NCBI GenBank assembly: GCA_965242695.1
Contig: CBDESU010000002.1
Location: forward strand, 1,280,001-1,344,000
Length of the DNA: 64,000 bases
Reading direction: 5' to 3'
Origin: Cenarchaeum sp.
GTDB lineage: Archaea > Thermoproteota > Nitrososphaeria > Nitrososphaerales > Nitrosopumilaceae
This document shows positions 10,287-19,453 of the stretch, one piece after another. Made by a program: the position numbers and the translations under genes. The notes beneath the pieces were generated by a model. It was given only the letters and a program-made list of their open reading frames with translations. It was not told the DNA's origin and ran no database searches. Within the stretch, counting starts at the first letter, position 1, and every line of letters starts with the position of its first letter.

Positions 10287-11355
10287 TGTCCATAACCTCC
10301 GATCCTCTATATGCACCAGACTCGTCAACATCTATGGAGAGGGGCATGCCAAAGTTTATGTCGGTTTTACTGCTACGTTGATCCACGATCTTAATGGTTT
10401 TGCTAATCGGAGCGTATTCGTTCCCGAGGACATCGGAATACCGAAATTCTACTACAAGTTCATCGATGGGTATTTCGACCGGCATCACTACTGCCGTTTT
10501 TGAATCCAACTGCACGTTTTCGCCCACCGTCCTGGCTTGTATGTCCGAAAGGATGCCCACGATCATGGTTGACATAGTCCTATGTATATAGCTCATAAGC
10601 AGCTCCTTGTCCGAATCCGCAAGCCTGCGCAGTGTCTCCGCTGTGTCCTGATCTATCTTGCCAGCGTTAAGCATGCTCCTTATGGATACATCCGACAAGA
10701 TCCTTTTCTTAAATTCCTCTGCAACAAGCCGAACTTTTCCTGGATCGACCTCTGCGCCATCTTCGACGTTGTGGCCATTTTCATGATACAGCATTTTGTC
10801 ACGAACGAGCATCTCTAGGACATCGTTAATGAGTGATGATCCATGTGACACTATGTGACCACCGATCGTACACTTGCAGCTTAATGTGACGTCTCCAAAG
10901 CCCGAAAATTTTAGGCATATGGGAATAGCTTGGTCACTAGGCTTGCTATCTGTCAGCACGATATGTTCAGGAGCGCTCACAAACTCCAACCGCGGCCGAA
11001 ATATTCTGACAGGGGTGACTAGTGAGTCTACGGACCCATTTTTCATGCAAAATGCCGCTCTGACCGGAAGTTCCGTCTTGAGGTTGTCAAATACCTCGCT
11101 TGCAGCAACAACGACTCCAAAATAGTCATACTCGCTAAGCCTCGCTTTGTTTATGTCCTTGACAACAATGCGACCATCTGTGACCGAGTACTCTGCGACG
11201 TTGATCGTGTCGACTAAGCACATGCCAGGGGGGATGCTGAGCACGATCTGATCAACGTCGTCTGTAACCGTCTTTTCGATTTTAATCTGTATGGGCACCT
11301 CCTCCCTAGGCAAGGCCCACTGCGGGCACCTGACATCAAACTTCGCTACTTGCAC
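10267..11355 (-). CDS. Hypothetical protein (beta-rich with helical insertion), low-GC island
   Basis: 362-aa ORF with protein-like composition in an AT-richer region; TATA-like element ~25-30 nt upstream. Confidence 0.8.
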   Translation of the reverse strand: MQVAKFDVRCPQWALPREEVPIQIKIEKTVTDDVDQIVLSIPPGMCLVDTINVAEYSVTDGRIVVKDINKARLSEYDYFGVVVAASEVFDNLKTELPVRAAFCMKNGSVDSLVTPVRIFRPRLEFVSAPEHIVLTDSKPSDQAIPICLKFSGFGDVTLSCKCTIGGHIVSHGSSLINDVLEMLVRDKMLYHENGHNVEDGAEVDPGKVRLVAEEFKKRILSDVSIRSMLNAGKIDQDTAETLRRLADSDKELLMSYIHRTMSTMIVGILSDIQARTVGENVQLDSKTAVVMPVEIPIDELVVEFRYSDVLGNEYAPISKTIKIVDQRSSKTDINFGMPLSIDVDESGAYRGSEVMDIGSHNK

Positions 11356-11376
11356 AGCCTACGGCGATTTGGGCAT

Positions 11377-11388
11377 TATATTAAGATA
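11377..11388 (-). promoter_or_regulatory. TATA-box-like element for the two-gene island operon
   Basis: Minus strand reads TCTTAATATAAT ~25-30 nt upstream of the GTG at 11355. Confidence 0.5.
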
Positions 11389-11540
11389 TGCCTTATGTAG
11401 AGTGGATCCTGTCGCCGCGCCCATGTTCGAGCCGGCTTTGCACCTGCCTCGCCGCCGGCCTGCCAGCACCGTATCCAGATCGCGCGTGGCTTGCTACGCG
11501 GGCAGCCGGCTGGTTGGCGTCTATCGCTTAGTCTACCATT

Positions 11541-11569
11541 ATGCAGATCTGCATTATGCAGATCTGCAT
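11541..11569. promoter_or_regulatory. Tandem perfect palindrome ATGCAGATCTGCAT-T-ATGCAGATCTGCAT, candidate operator
   Basis: Two 14-bp perfect palindromes (11541-11554, 11556-11569) just upstream of TATA-like GTATAAAT (11581-11588) of the ATPase gene. Confidence 0.6.
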
Positions 11570-11611
11570 TATTCTTTAATGTATAAATAATGCCCCGGCC
11601 CCGATCCACCA

Positions 11612-12799
11612 ATGGCGGCAGTCCCGTTCCTTGCCGGCAAGCCCGTGAGCGGCCACTACTTTGTAGGCCGCGACCGAATTCTCCGGACAATCGACACGAT
11701 CATGGCCGGAACGGCCGACGGCGCCATCAACAACGTCATGCTACTCGGCCCGCGGAGGATAGGAAAGACCTCCATACTCCTCAACGTCAAGAAGCGGCAG
11801 GATCGTAACCCGCGGATAGCGACCGTTATGGTGAACGCAGAGGGCATGTCGACAAAGCTCCGCTTTGCCGATGCGTACATGAAGGCGGTCCTTGCAGCCT
11901 ATGAGGAGCGCGCACAGGGAGGGGCTCGGAGGGCACGAATTGCCCGCGCCCTGTCATCCGAATTGAGAGATGTGCGAGGGAGAGTATCAGAGGTAGACTT
12001 GTCAATTCTTGAGTGTGTGAAGTTTGGTCTAAAAATAAACAACAGGACGCCGGACCAGGACGATCTACTCGAGCATGCACTAAACTACCCTGAAAGGCTT
12101 GGCGCAGAAAAAGGCATAGCATTTATTGTTGTAATGGACGAATTTCAAAGCCTTCTAAAATGGGGCGCCCCATTCCTACACCTTTTTCGCAGAATAGTGC
12201 AGGAGCAGTCACATGTTGGCTACATTCTCGCTGGCTCCTCGCCGTCCCTGATGAAGGGAATCACAGACGACGCCAATTCTCCGTTCTACAGACAGCTGCA
12301 CGAAGTAAGGGTTGATCCCCTCCAAGACGGCGTTTTGCTGCCGTTCTTGCACCGCCGCTTTCGATCTGCGGGGGTTTCGGTCGAAGCGGGGGCGGCGGAA
12401 AAAATATGCCGCCTGAGCCGAGGAATCCCGGACTACCTGCAGAGGCTTGGGATGCTTTCCTATACGGCATGCTCCGTACGCGGCGGACGAGCCATCACGC
12501 TGGATAATGTAGAGTCGTCGTACTCTGACATGCTGGCACACCTTGACCCCGTGTTTATGGCGCAGTTCGACTCGCTGAGCGACCACGAAAAGGAGGCGCT
12601 GCACGCCATTTCGCGCTCGCACAACACCGTGACAGGCATGGCGGACTACATCAAAGTGCAGCCAACGTCAATGTCGCGCGCCTTGGCTAGGCTGGTCAGC
12701 ACGGATGTTGTCGAAAAGTATGAGAGGGGCAAATATGCAATAGTCGACGGCGTATTTTCCGACTGGCTCACTGGCCGGTATGACTTTTTGGATCTATAG
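11612..12799 (+). CDS. Archaeal ATPase (ATPase_2 / AAA-like) with C-terminal winged helix-turn-helix
   Basis: 'FVGRD', Walker A 'GPRRIGKTS', Walker B 'IVVMDEFQ', 'ILAGSS', 'GIP'; C-terminal 'MSRALARLVSTDVVEK..GKYAIVDGVFSDWL'. Confidence 0.85.
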   Translation: MAAVPFLAGKPVSGHYFVGRDRILRTIDTIMAGTADGAINNVMLLGPRRIGKTSILLNVKKRQDRNPRIATVMVNAEGMSTKLRFADAYMKAVLAAYEERAQGGARRARIARALSSELRDVRGRVSEVDLSILECVKFGLKINNRTPDQDDLLEHALNYPERLGAEKGIAFIVVMDEFQSLLKWGAPFLHLFRRIVQEQSHVGYILAGSSPSLMKGITDDANSPFYRQLHEVRVDPLQDGVLLPFLHRRFRSAGVSVEAGAAEKICRLSRGIPDYLQRLGMLSYTACSVRGGRAITLDNVESSYSDMLAHLDPVFMAQFDSLSDHEKEALHAISRSHNTVTGMADYIKVQPTSMSRALARLVSTDVVEKYERGKYAIVDGVFSDWLTGRYDFLDL

Positions 12800-12841
12800 G
12801 CGCCGAAGCGCCCCCTTGATGCGGGAGCTCCTGTAGGGCGC

Positions 12842-15580
12842 CTACTGCCCCGCGTCGGGGTCGACTTGGCATATGCCGTCTTTGAGGACTGTTCCGGAGC
12901 CGCACTCGCCGTACGGCCTGTCGATGGTGCCGACGATCTCTGCTAGCGTCCTGCCGAAAAAGTACGAGTCGAACCATGCTCGGTACGGCGCCTCGCTGTC
13001 GTACCTGTCCTTGTAGTACTGTAGGCGGTCGGGCGCCTCGGGCGGGGGTGGCGCCTCGGGCTCGCCCACTACGTCGACGATGTCGTACTCGGGGAAGACC
13101 TCATCGAACCACTCCCTGAACTCGGCGTCTGCCTCGTACCGGTCGACGTACTCGCGCGCGCTTGTCGCGGGATCGGGAAAGCCCGGCACGCGGTCGCGCG
13201 GGTCGACGCCGGCTCCCTGCCCGGCGGATGCGCCGACCACCTCGGCCACCGTGGACCCCGGGTACGTCTCGTCAAACCACCCCCTAAAGCCCGCGTCGGT
13301 CTCGTACAGGTCGACGTAAATGCTGGGGCTGACGCTGGGATCGGGGAACAAAAATTCCCCGGATCCCGCTTGGCTGCCAGGCTCGACAGCAACGTCGGCA
13401 CTGTCATACTCGGTGGACGCCTCTGCACCCGTCTCGGAATCCGGAGGGCTCGACACGCGGTCGTCTGCGGCCGCGCCCGCGGTCGCCGCCACCTTTGCCG
13501 TATTCGATGCGCGGCTCTGCCCGTTCTCGTTCACCGCGTACAGCTTGTATGTGTATGACGAGGCGGGGGCAACGCCCGTGTGCGAGTACGACGTGTCGCC
13601 GGACTCTGGCTCTGTGAGTATCTCGTAGGGTCCGTCGTCCGTCTTGTACTCCATCCTGTACGACAGGATGCCGTCGGCGCCGGTGGGCGGCTCCGACCAC
13701 GACAGGTCTATCCGCTGATCCGAGACCCTGTCCCCGTAAAGGTCGCGGGGCGGCGCCGGCTTGGGACCCTTTGTCGAGCCTTGGGCGGCGGCCGACCCCG
13801 ACTGGCCCGACGACCCCGACTGGCCCGACGACCCCGACTGGCCGGCCGAGGTCGCGGCCGAAGCGGCAGCTGCCGATCCTGCCTCCTTGTCGAGGGTGGT
13901 AGCCGGCGCATCGTCCGACGGCGGCCCGACAATCTGCCCACTGATCGCGCTTACCTTGTACGTGTATTTTGTCTCCGGGTCTAGACCTACATGCGAGTAC
14001 GATCTTGTGGGGCTTCCGCTGTCGGACTCGGCCGTCTCGAACCGCCCGGCGTCGCCTACCTTGAACTCGATCCTGTACCCCGTGACGGGCGACCCTCCGC
14101 TAGAGCCCGGGTAGCTCCAAGTCAGGTCGATCCGCTCGTGCGACGCAGCCGAGGCCTTTACGCTGCCCGGCTTGCCGGGCGGGTTTTGTGCCACTACGGC
14201 CTTAACCCCTGTCGCCCCGCCCTTGCCCGACTCGTCGGTCAACGTTATCGTGACGGTTTCAGACTCAGGCGACTGGGTGGCGCCGAGCTTTGCCCTGACG
14301 GCAAATCTGTACTCGCGGTCGGTGTCCAGATCCTTGATAGTGTACGATGTCTCCCTGCCGCTAACACTGTCATGCTTATCAAACGCACCGGTGCTGAAGA
14401 TCTTCAGTATCTCGAACTGCGTTATTGTCTGCCTAAACGTCTGGGATGGGGGCAGCCATTCTAGGCGCGCGGTTGTCGGCGACAGCGCCGTTATCGTAAC
14501 CTGGGTCGGCCTGTCAGTATGCTCCGGCTTTACAAAGTCGCTGGCTCCCGACGGCGCGCCGAGGCCAACCTCGTTGCGCGCCGTCACCCTGTACGAGTAG
14601 CTTGTCTTCGGGTTGGGCACGTCGTGGACGAACGCGCCGACCTCGCCGCCGACCTCTGCCGCAATCTCCCACTCGCCCGACTTTTGCTTGTACTCGATCA
14701 GGTACGCAGACACCTCTGGTCCTCGGTTGCTTGCAGGCGCGGACCACCCTACGTGCAGGCGGGTGTCCGACGCTGGCACCGCTTTGACTTGCCTCGGCGG
14801 GCCGGGCTTTGTGGCCTTTGTATCGGCGGTCGATTCGTCGGACGGCGTCGCCCTTGCCTCCCCCGACGGATCCCCCGTCCCGACCGAGTTTATCGCGCTG
14901 ACGCGGAACACGTACTCTGTATCCTCTTCCAGGTCGTCGACGGTGTACTCCGTCCCTGTGCTCCTCGTGTCCGCCTTTGCTACCTCGTACTCGTCGTCGC
15001 CCTTGCCGGCCTCCTTGTACTCGATCTTGTAGCCAGTGACGGGAGGCGAGCCGTTGCCGTCCGGCGCTTCCCACTCGAGGCGGACCTCGCTGTCGGATAT
15101 GTCGTCGGCCGTGAGCGACCCTGGCTTATCGGGCACTATCTGCTCGTACCCCTTTGACGAGTCGGTCGTCTTGGCCGTATCCTCTGCGGACGGCTTGCCC
15201 TCGCCGTCGTCGTTGATCGCCGAGACCCTGTACACGTACGTGGTGCCCGTCTCGATGCCCTTCCTGTCCTCGTATGTCGTAGACGCGCTTCTCGTGTCTG
15301 CCTTTATGGTCGAGTACCTTGTCTCGGTTGCCTCCTTCCTCTCGATCTTGTACCCCGTGATATCCTCGCCCCCGTCGTCGTCGGGGGCGCTCCACGACAG
15401 GTCTATCCCCGTCGGCGAGACGTCGACTGCCTTGAGGTTGGTGGGGCTGCCCGGCTCGCCGGCCGCCGCCTCCTGCACCGCGTACGGCGCCAGCGCCAGG
15501 GCGGCGGCCGCCACCACCACGGCTACGGCTAGGCCGGTATTGCGGCCTTGCCTGCTCGTCCTGCCAGCGCTGCGCCCCAT
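12842..15580 (-). CDS. Secreted fibronectin type III repeat protein (about 6 FN3 domains) with C-terminal repeats
   Basis: Signal peptide (LAVAVVVAAAALALA); repeated 'LSWSAP..GG..ITGYKIE..TTYVYRVSAIN..G' FN3 motifs; start moved to ATG at 15580. Confidence 0.9.
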   Translation of the reverse strand: MGRSAGRTSRQGRNTGLAVAVVVAAAALALAPYAVQEAAAGEPGSPTNLKAVDVSPTGIDLSWSAPDDDGGEDITGYKIERKEATETRYSTIKADTRSASTTYEDRKGIETGTTYVYRVSAINDDGEGKPSAEDTAKTTDSSKGYEQIVPDKPGSLTADDISDSEVRLEWEAPDGNGSPPVTGYKIEYKEAGKGDDEYEVAKADTRSTGTEYTVDDLEEDTEYVFRVSAINSVGTGDPSGEARATPSDESTADTKATKPGPPRQVKAVPASDTRLHVGWSAPASNRGPEVSAYLIEYKQKSGEWEIAAEVGGEVGAFVHDVPNPKTSYSYRVTARNEVGLGAPSGASDFVKPEHTDRPTQVTITALSPTTARLEWLPPSQTFRQTITQFEILKIFSTGAFDKHDSVSGRETSYTIKDLDTDREYRFAVRAKLGATQSPESETVTITLTDESGKGGATGVKAVVAQNPPGKPGSVKASAASHERIDLTWSYPGSSGGSPVTGYRIEFKVGDAGRFETAESDSGSPTRSYSHVGLDPETKYTYKVSAISGQIVGPPSDDAPATTLDKEAGSAAAASAATSAGQSGSSGQSGSSGQSGSAAAQGSTKGPKPAPPRDLYGDRVSDQRIDLSWSEPPTGADGILSYRMEYKTDDGPYEILTEPESGDTSYSHTGVAPASSYTYKLYAVNENGQSRASNTAKVAATAGAAADDRVSSPPDSETGAEASTEYDSADVAVEPGSQAGSGEFLFPDPSVSPSIYVDLYETDAGFRGWFDETYPGSTVAEVVGASAGQGAGVDPRDRVPGFPDPATSAREYVDRYEADAEFREWFDEVFPEYDIVDVVGEPEAPPPPEAPDRLQYYKDRYDSEAPYRAWFDSYFFGRTLAEIVGTIDRPYGECGSGTVLKDGICQVDPDAGQ
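13793..13845. repeat. 18-bp tandem repeat (about 3 copies) encoding a GQSGSS linker in the FN3 protein
   Basis: GACCCCGACTGGCCCGAC units seen in the sequence. Confidence 0.8.
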
Positions 15581-15644
15581 GCCGCCCAGCCTCCGCCGCC
15601 CCCTAATACGCCTTGGCTCAACAAATCTTGGCCCCTGCTCAACT

Positions 15645-18600
15645 TTACTCGATAAACAGGGCGGGCCTGAGCGGCCTGGCATGGCGCGACCTGCCGGCCG
15701 GATCGTCGATGCCCTCGTCATCCTCGGAAAAGACCCTGACCTGGACGCCCTCGCCGAACTCGGCTGCCGCTAGCGCGCCCAGGTCTGCCTCTAGGACGGC
15801 CCGCTCGTCTAGCCCGCCGCCGCCCCGCAGCCTGGCCTCCCTGGTGCGCGCAGGCTCGGCCAGGGCGTCCTTTATGGCGCGCTGCACAAAGCCGGGGTCG
15901 GACTTTATGCCGGCCGTCTCGGGGTCGGCGATGAGCGCCTGCATGACGGCGCCCATGCTGGCGCCGGCGGCGCCCTTCTTGCTTCCCTGCGGAGCCTTCC
16001 CCCCGCCGCTTCCCCCCGCCGCTCCTTCCCCTTCCATCATCCCGAGTATGGTCCTGTACGCCCTGGCCTTGAGGCCGCCTGCCACGTACGCCGTGATCCT
16101 CTTGGGGGCGCTCTTCATCTTCGTGACCCTCTTGATGCTCGCGACGTCGTCGATGACGCGGCCGAGAAGGTCCTCGGCCTGCGCTGCCGCGGGGTCGTCC
16201 CATTCGGCTGGCGGCTCGGGCCACCGCGCCGCCGAGGCCGTCCCCTCCATGCCGAGCCTCTCCCACATCTCGTCGGCCGCATGCGGGGCGAACGGCGAGA
16301 GCAGCAGCACGCGCACGGCGTACACCTCGCGGAGGATGGCGTCTTGATCGCCGCCTGTTGCGCCTCCCCCGTGCGCCTCCCTTGCCGCCCTCCTCTTGCG
16401 GTGCCACTGCAGGTCTGATTCGAAGGAAAACAGGGCCGTGTGGAGCGCCTCGCGAAGCCTCATCTTCTCGATCGAAGACGTCACGTCGAGGGCTAGGCCG
16501 CGCGCGCGAGAGAGCAGCCAGCGGTCCTCGGCGGTCCTCGGAGCGCCGTCCCTGCCAGGCCCGCCCCTGCCGCCGAGCCTCCCGCACTCGGCCATCATGG
16601 CGCCGAGCCTCGAGGCGACGCCGGACACGGCCTCCTGCCCAAAGTCGGCATCCTGCAGGAGCTCGGCCGAGACTAGTATGGCCAGGCGTATAGTGTCGGC
16701 GCCGTGCTCGGCGATGGCCCTGCGGAGGGGTATGATGTTTCCCATGCTCTTTGACATCTTCTTGCCGTCCATGAGGACGGACCCGTTCACGACGATCCCG
16801 CGCGGCCAGCTGTCGCGCCCGAATATCGCCGTGTGGTTCATGACGAAGAACGTCAGGTGGTTCGGGACGAGGTCCCTGCCAGAGTGCCTCGCGTCGACGG
16901 GGTAAAAGTAGGCAAACTCGGCCCTCGCACGGCGCACGGCGCCGGCGTCGGCCCCGGTCTCGCGCGCAATCCTCTCGGCCGGGTCGCCCCCTCCCCCTCC
17001 GCCTGCCCCTATTCCCAGGAACACGTAGTCGAAGAACGCCGGGGTGAGGTGCTCGGCGCGCAGCGCCCCCGACCCGACCAGCCCCGCTATCGTATAGAAC
17101 GCCATGTACACGACCGAGTCGGACAGGCTCTCGACTATCCACCCGTCGTCCCACGGCAGGTTCGTTCCCAGCCCGTGCTGCCTGGCGCACGCCCTCTCGC
17201 GCAGCCAGTCGACGACGTTGTCGAACTCGCCGCGCAGGTCGGCAGGGAGGATGCGCATGCGCGAGAGGCACTCGTGGGCGTTGGCCTTCCACGCCGCGTT
17301 GCCGTAGTCGAGGAACCACTGGTCGGAGAGCATCCTGACGACGCACTCTGCGCCGCACCTGCACCTGACGGGCCCCCCGCTGATCTCGAGGAACGGCTCC
17401 GAGGCGTCCTGGCCGGCCGGCAGCCCGTCGGACAGCCACTTGCCCACCGCATCCCTGGCGTCGGGCACCTTCATGCCCGCGAACCTGGCCGGCACGGGGG
17501 ATGCGGCGCCCCCGCCCGCGCCGATCATCGCCCCGCCGTAGAACTCCTTGCCGTACACTTCGTCGGTCGCCTTGTCCAGGAGATCGGTCTCTTCCTGGCC
17601 CCTGATGCCGAGCCGTCCGCACGCCTCGGCCGCCGGGCACTCGGCTTCTCCGTACTCCTTGGACTCGATGATCCTGACGGGGCGGGGCGCGCCGAGGGCC
17701 GCCGCATCGCCGGCCTCCCTGAGGTCCTCTAGGGCGCGCCAGTCGTACGGCGCGTGCGCCGGTACCGACATGACCATTCCGGTGCCCGTCCCCTGCTTGA
17801 CAAACTTTGCCGGCAGGATCGGCAGGCCCGCCGCGCCGGTGCCGGGCGCGGCCGCCGTGCGCCCGACAAGGTCGGCGCCGCGCACCGTCCCCGTCCGCTC
17901 GACCCTCCTGCCGAGGAACTCTAGCTTGCGCGCGCACTCGGCCGAGACGATCCACTCCTCGGCCTCCTCGCCGCCGTCCTCCCCGGCCCCTGCCCCCGGG
18001 CGGCGTGGACCGCCAGACACGGAGGCCCTGACGTACTCTGCATTCGGGTCTACCCACAGGTTTGTCACGCCGAACAGCGTCTCGGGGCGCAGCGTCGCCG
18101 CCGGGATCACGGACCCGCCGGCATCGCCGCCCCCGTCCAGCCTGAACTTGACTAGCGTGTACTCGGTAAAGCCCGGCTCTACGTCGCCGAGCGTGTCGTG
18201 CTGCGAGACGGGGTTTTGGTCCTTTGGGCACCACCCGACGGGGTGCGAGCCCTGCACGACGAGCCCCATTCCGCGCAGCGTCCCTATCTGCCACTCGACG
18301 AACCTCTTGTACGCGGGATCGATCGTCGTAAACTCGCGCCGCCAGTCTATCGAGTAGCCCATCTCGATCATGCCGGCCTTGATCTCCTCGTGGAAGTAGT
18401 CGGCGATCCTCACGGGGTCCGAAAACTCCCGGACCGCCTCGTCGGGCACCCCGTACAGTCCCTTCAGCCCGGCAAGCAGCTCGGCATCCCCGTCCTGCAC
18501 GCGCCTTGCCATGCCGAGTATGGGGGTGCCCGTGTAGTGGAACCCCATCGGGAACAGCACGTTGTGCCCCCGCATGCGCAGGTACCTCGCATGCGCGTCG

Positions 18601-18824
18601 GCTATTGTATACGTGCGGCCGTGCCCCACGTGCTGCGGCGAGTTCGGGTAGGGGTACGCGACCGTGACGAACCTCTTGGGCCTGGACGGGTCGGCGTCGG
18701 CCTCGTGGGCCTTGGACTCCTCCCACCTCTTCCTCCACTTGGCCTCGATCGGGGCCCAGTCTATGCGGGCGCCCCCCGCGCCGCCCTCCGAGCCTCCCGC
18801 GCCGGGATCGTGCGCCCGGCTCAC
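15645..18824 (-). CDS. leuS: Leucine--tRNA ligase (archaeal type)
   Basis: 'VAYPYPNSPQHVGH' (HIGH), 'ATLRPET', editing 'GTGMVMSVPAHAPYD', 'IVESLSDS', 'KMSKS'. Start GTG at 18824 overlaps the upstream TGA (GTGA); the ORF-track 5' extension is a shadow. Confidence 0.97.
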   Translation of the reverse strand: MSRAHDPGAGGSEGGAGGARIDWAPIEAKWRKRWEESKAHEADADPSRPKRFVTVAYPYPNSPQHVGHGRTYTIADAHARYLRMRGHNVLFPMGFHYTGTPILGMARRVQDGDAELLAGLKGLYGVPDEAVREFSDPVRIADYFHEEIKAGMIEMGYSIDWRREFTTIDPAYKRFVEWQIGTLRGMGLVVQGSHPVGWCPKDQNPVSQHDTLGDVEPGFTEYTLVKFRLDGGGDAGGSVIPAATLRPETLFGVTNLWVDPNAEYVRASVSGGPRRPGAGAGEDGGEEAEEWIVSAECARKLEFLGRRVERTGTVRGADLVGRTAAAPGTGAAGLPILPAKFVKQGTGTGMVMSVPAHAPYDWRALEDLREAGDAAALGAPRPVRIIESKEYGEAECPAAEACGRLGIRGQEETDLLDKATDEVYGKEFYGGAMIGAGGGAASPVPARFAGMKVPDARDAVGKWLSDGLPAGQDASEPFLEISGGPVRCRCGAECVVRMLSDQWFLDYGNAAWKANAHECLSRMRILPADLRGEFDNVVDWLRERACARQHGLGTNLPWDDGWIVESLSDSVVYMAFYTIAGLVGSGALRAEHLTPAFFDYVFLGIGAGGGGGGDPAERIARETGADAGAVRRARAEFAYFYPVDARHSGRDLVPNHLTFFVMNHTAIFGRDSWPRGIVVNGSVLMDGKKMSKSMGNIIPLRRAIAEHGADTIRLAILVSAELLQDADFGQEAVSGVASRLGAMMAECGRLGGRGGPGRDGAPRTAEDRWLLSRARGLALDVTSSIEKMRLREALHTALFSFESDLQWHRKRRAAREAHGGGATGGDQDAILREVYAVRVLLLSPFAPHAADEMWERLGMEGTASAARWPEPPAEWDDPAAAQAEDLLGRVIDDVASIKRVTKMKSAPKRITAYVAGGLKARAYRTILGMMEGEGAAGGSGGGKAPQGSKKGAAGASMGAVMQALIADPETAGIKSDPGFVQRAIKDALAEPARTREARLRGGGGLDERAVLEADLGALAAAEFGEGVQVRVFSEDDEGIDDPAGRSRHARPLRPALFIE

Positions 18825-19453
18825 TTCGTCAGCACCTCCAGCGCCGCAGTTCTGACCTTTTCCGCCCTCGACTCGTCCAGGCCGCTGGCCTGCGCAAACG
18901 ATGCGCCGCCGCCCTTGTCGGGCCGGCCGCCGCCGGCCTTGGCCACCTTGCGCATGAACTGGTATGCGTCCTCGCCGGACCATGGGCCCGCGTACGCGAC
19001 GGCCCCGAGCGCCAGGCCGCCCGTGAATGTGCCGCAGTACAGCGCGGCGGGATCCCTTGCGACAAGCTTCCTGCCGAACCTGTCGTGGAACGTCCTGTCG
19101 AGATCGTCGCTGCCGATGCACATGCGGCGCCCGTCGAGCGTCTTGACGGCAAACCCGCTGAATCCGACCACGCACCCGTCCGGCGCGGTCATGACCCTCC
19201 TGAGGATGCGGCGCCCGGTGATCGTTTCCGCCACGCCCTGCCCCCCCTCGCCCGTCGAGACGGTCCTTTCCCTGTCCCAGAAGGACGGCCTGCCGCCGTC
19301 CCCCTCCACCAGCCTCCGCCCCGCGCGCCGCCTGTCGGCCAGGTTTGCCGACCTTGTATCGCTGTCCCACTTTTCGGCCGCCGCCTGTATCTCTTCGTGC
19401 GTCGGCCCGCGTGACTCGGCGGCATCCCCGCCCCTCTGCCATGGAAACCTCAA
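18821..19453 (-). CDS. Stand-alone C-Ala/DHHA1-like protein, paralogous to the C-terminus of the adjacent AlaRS
   Basis: Aligns by eye to the AlaRS C-terminus: DGRRMC/DGRRAC, TFHDRFGRKLVARDP/TFHVEFGRRLVEADP, YCGTF/YCGVF, VAYAGPWSG/VAYAGPESG, GGGASFAQ/GGGARFAQ. TTGA and GTGA overlaps with both neighbours. Confidence 0.85.
   Translation of the reverse strand: MRFPWQRGGDAAESRGPTHEEIQAAAEKWDSDTRSANLADRRRAGRRLVEGDGGRPSFWDRERTVSTGEGGQGVAETITGRRILRRVMTAPDGCVVGFSGFAVKTLDGRRMCIGSDDLDRTFHDRFGRKLVARDPAALYCGTFTGGLALGAVAYAGPWSGEDAYQFMRKVAKAGGGRPDKGGGASFAQASGLDESRAEKVRTAALEVLTK

Noticed and set aside
9150-12800. Island as an IS, integrative element or provirus
   Set aside because: No transposase, integrase, terminal inverted repeats or att duplication visible.
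15718-18738. 1006-aa alternative-frame ORF and many other long Arg/Pro-rich ORFs across the window
   Set aside because: Stop-poor shadow frames caused by high GC3; they have low-complexity composition and overlap well-supported genes.
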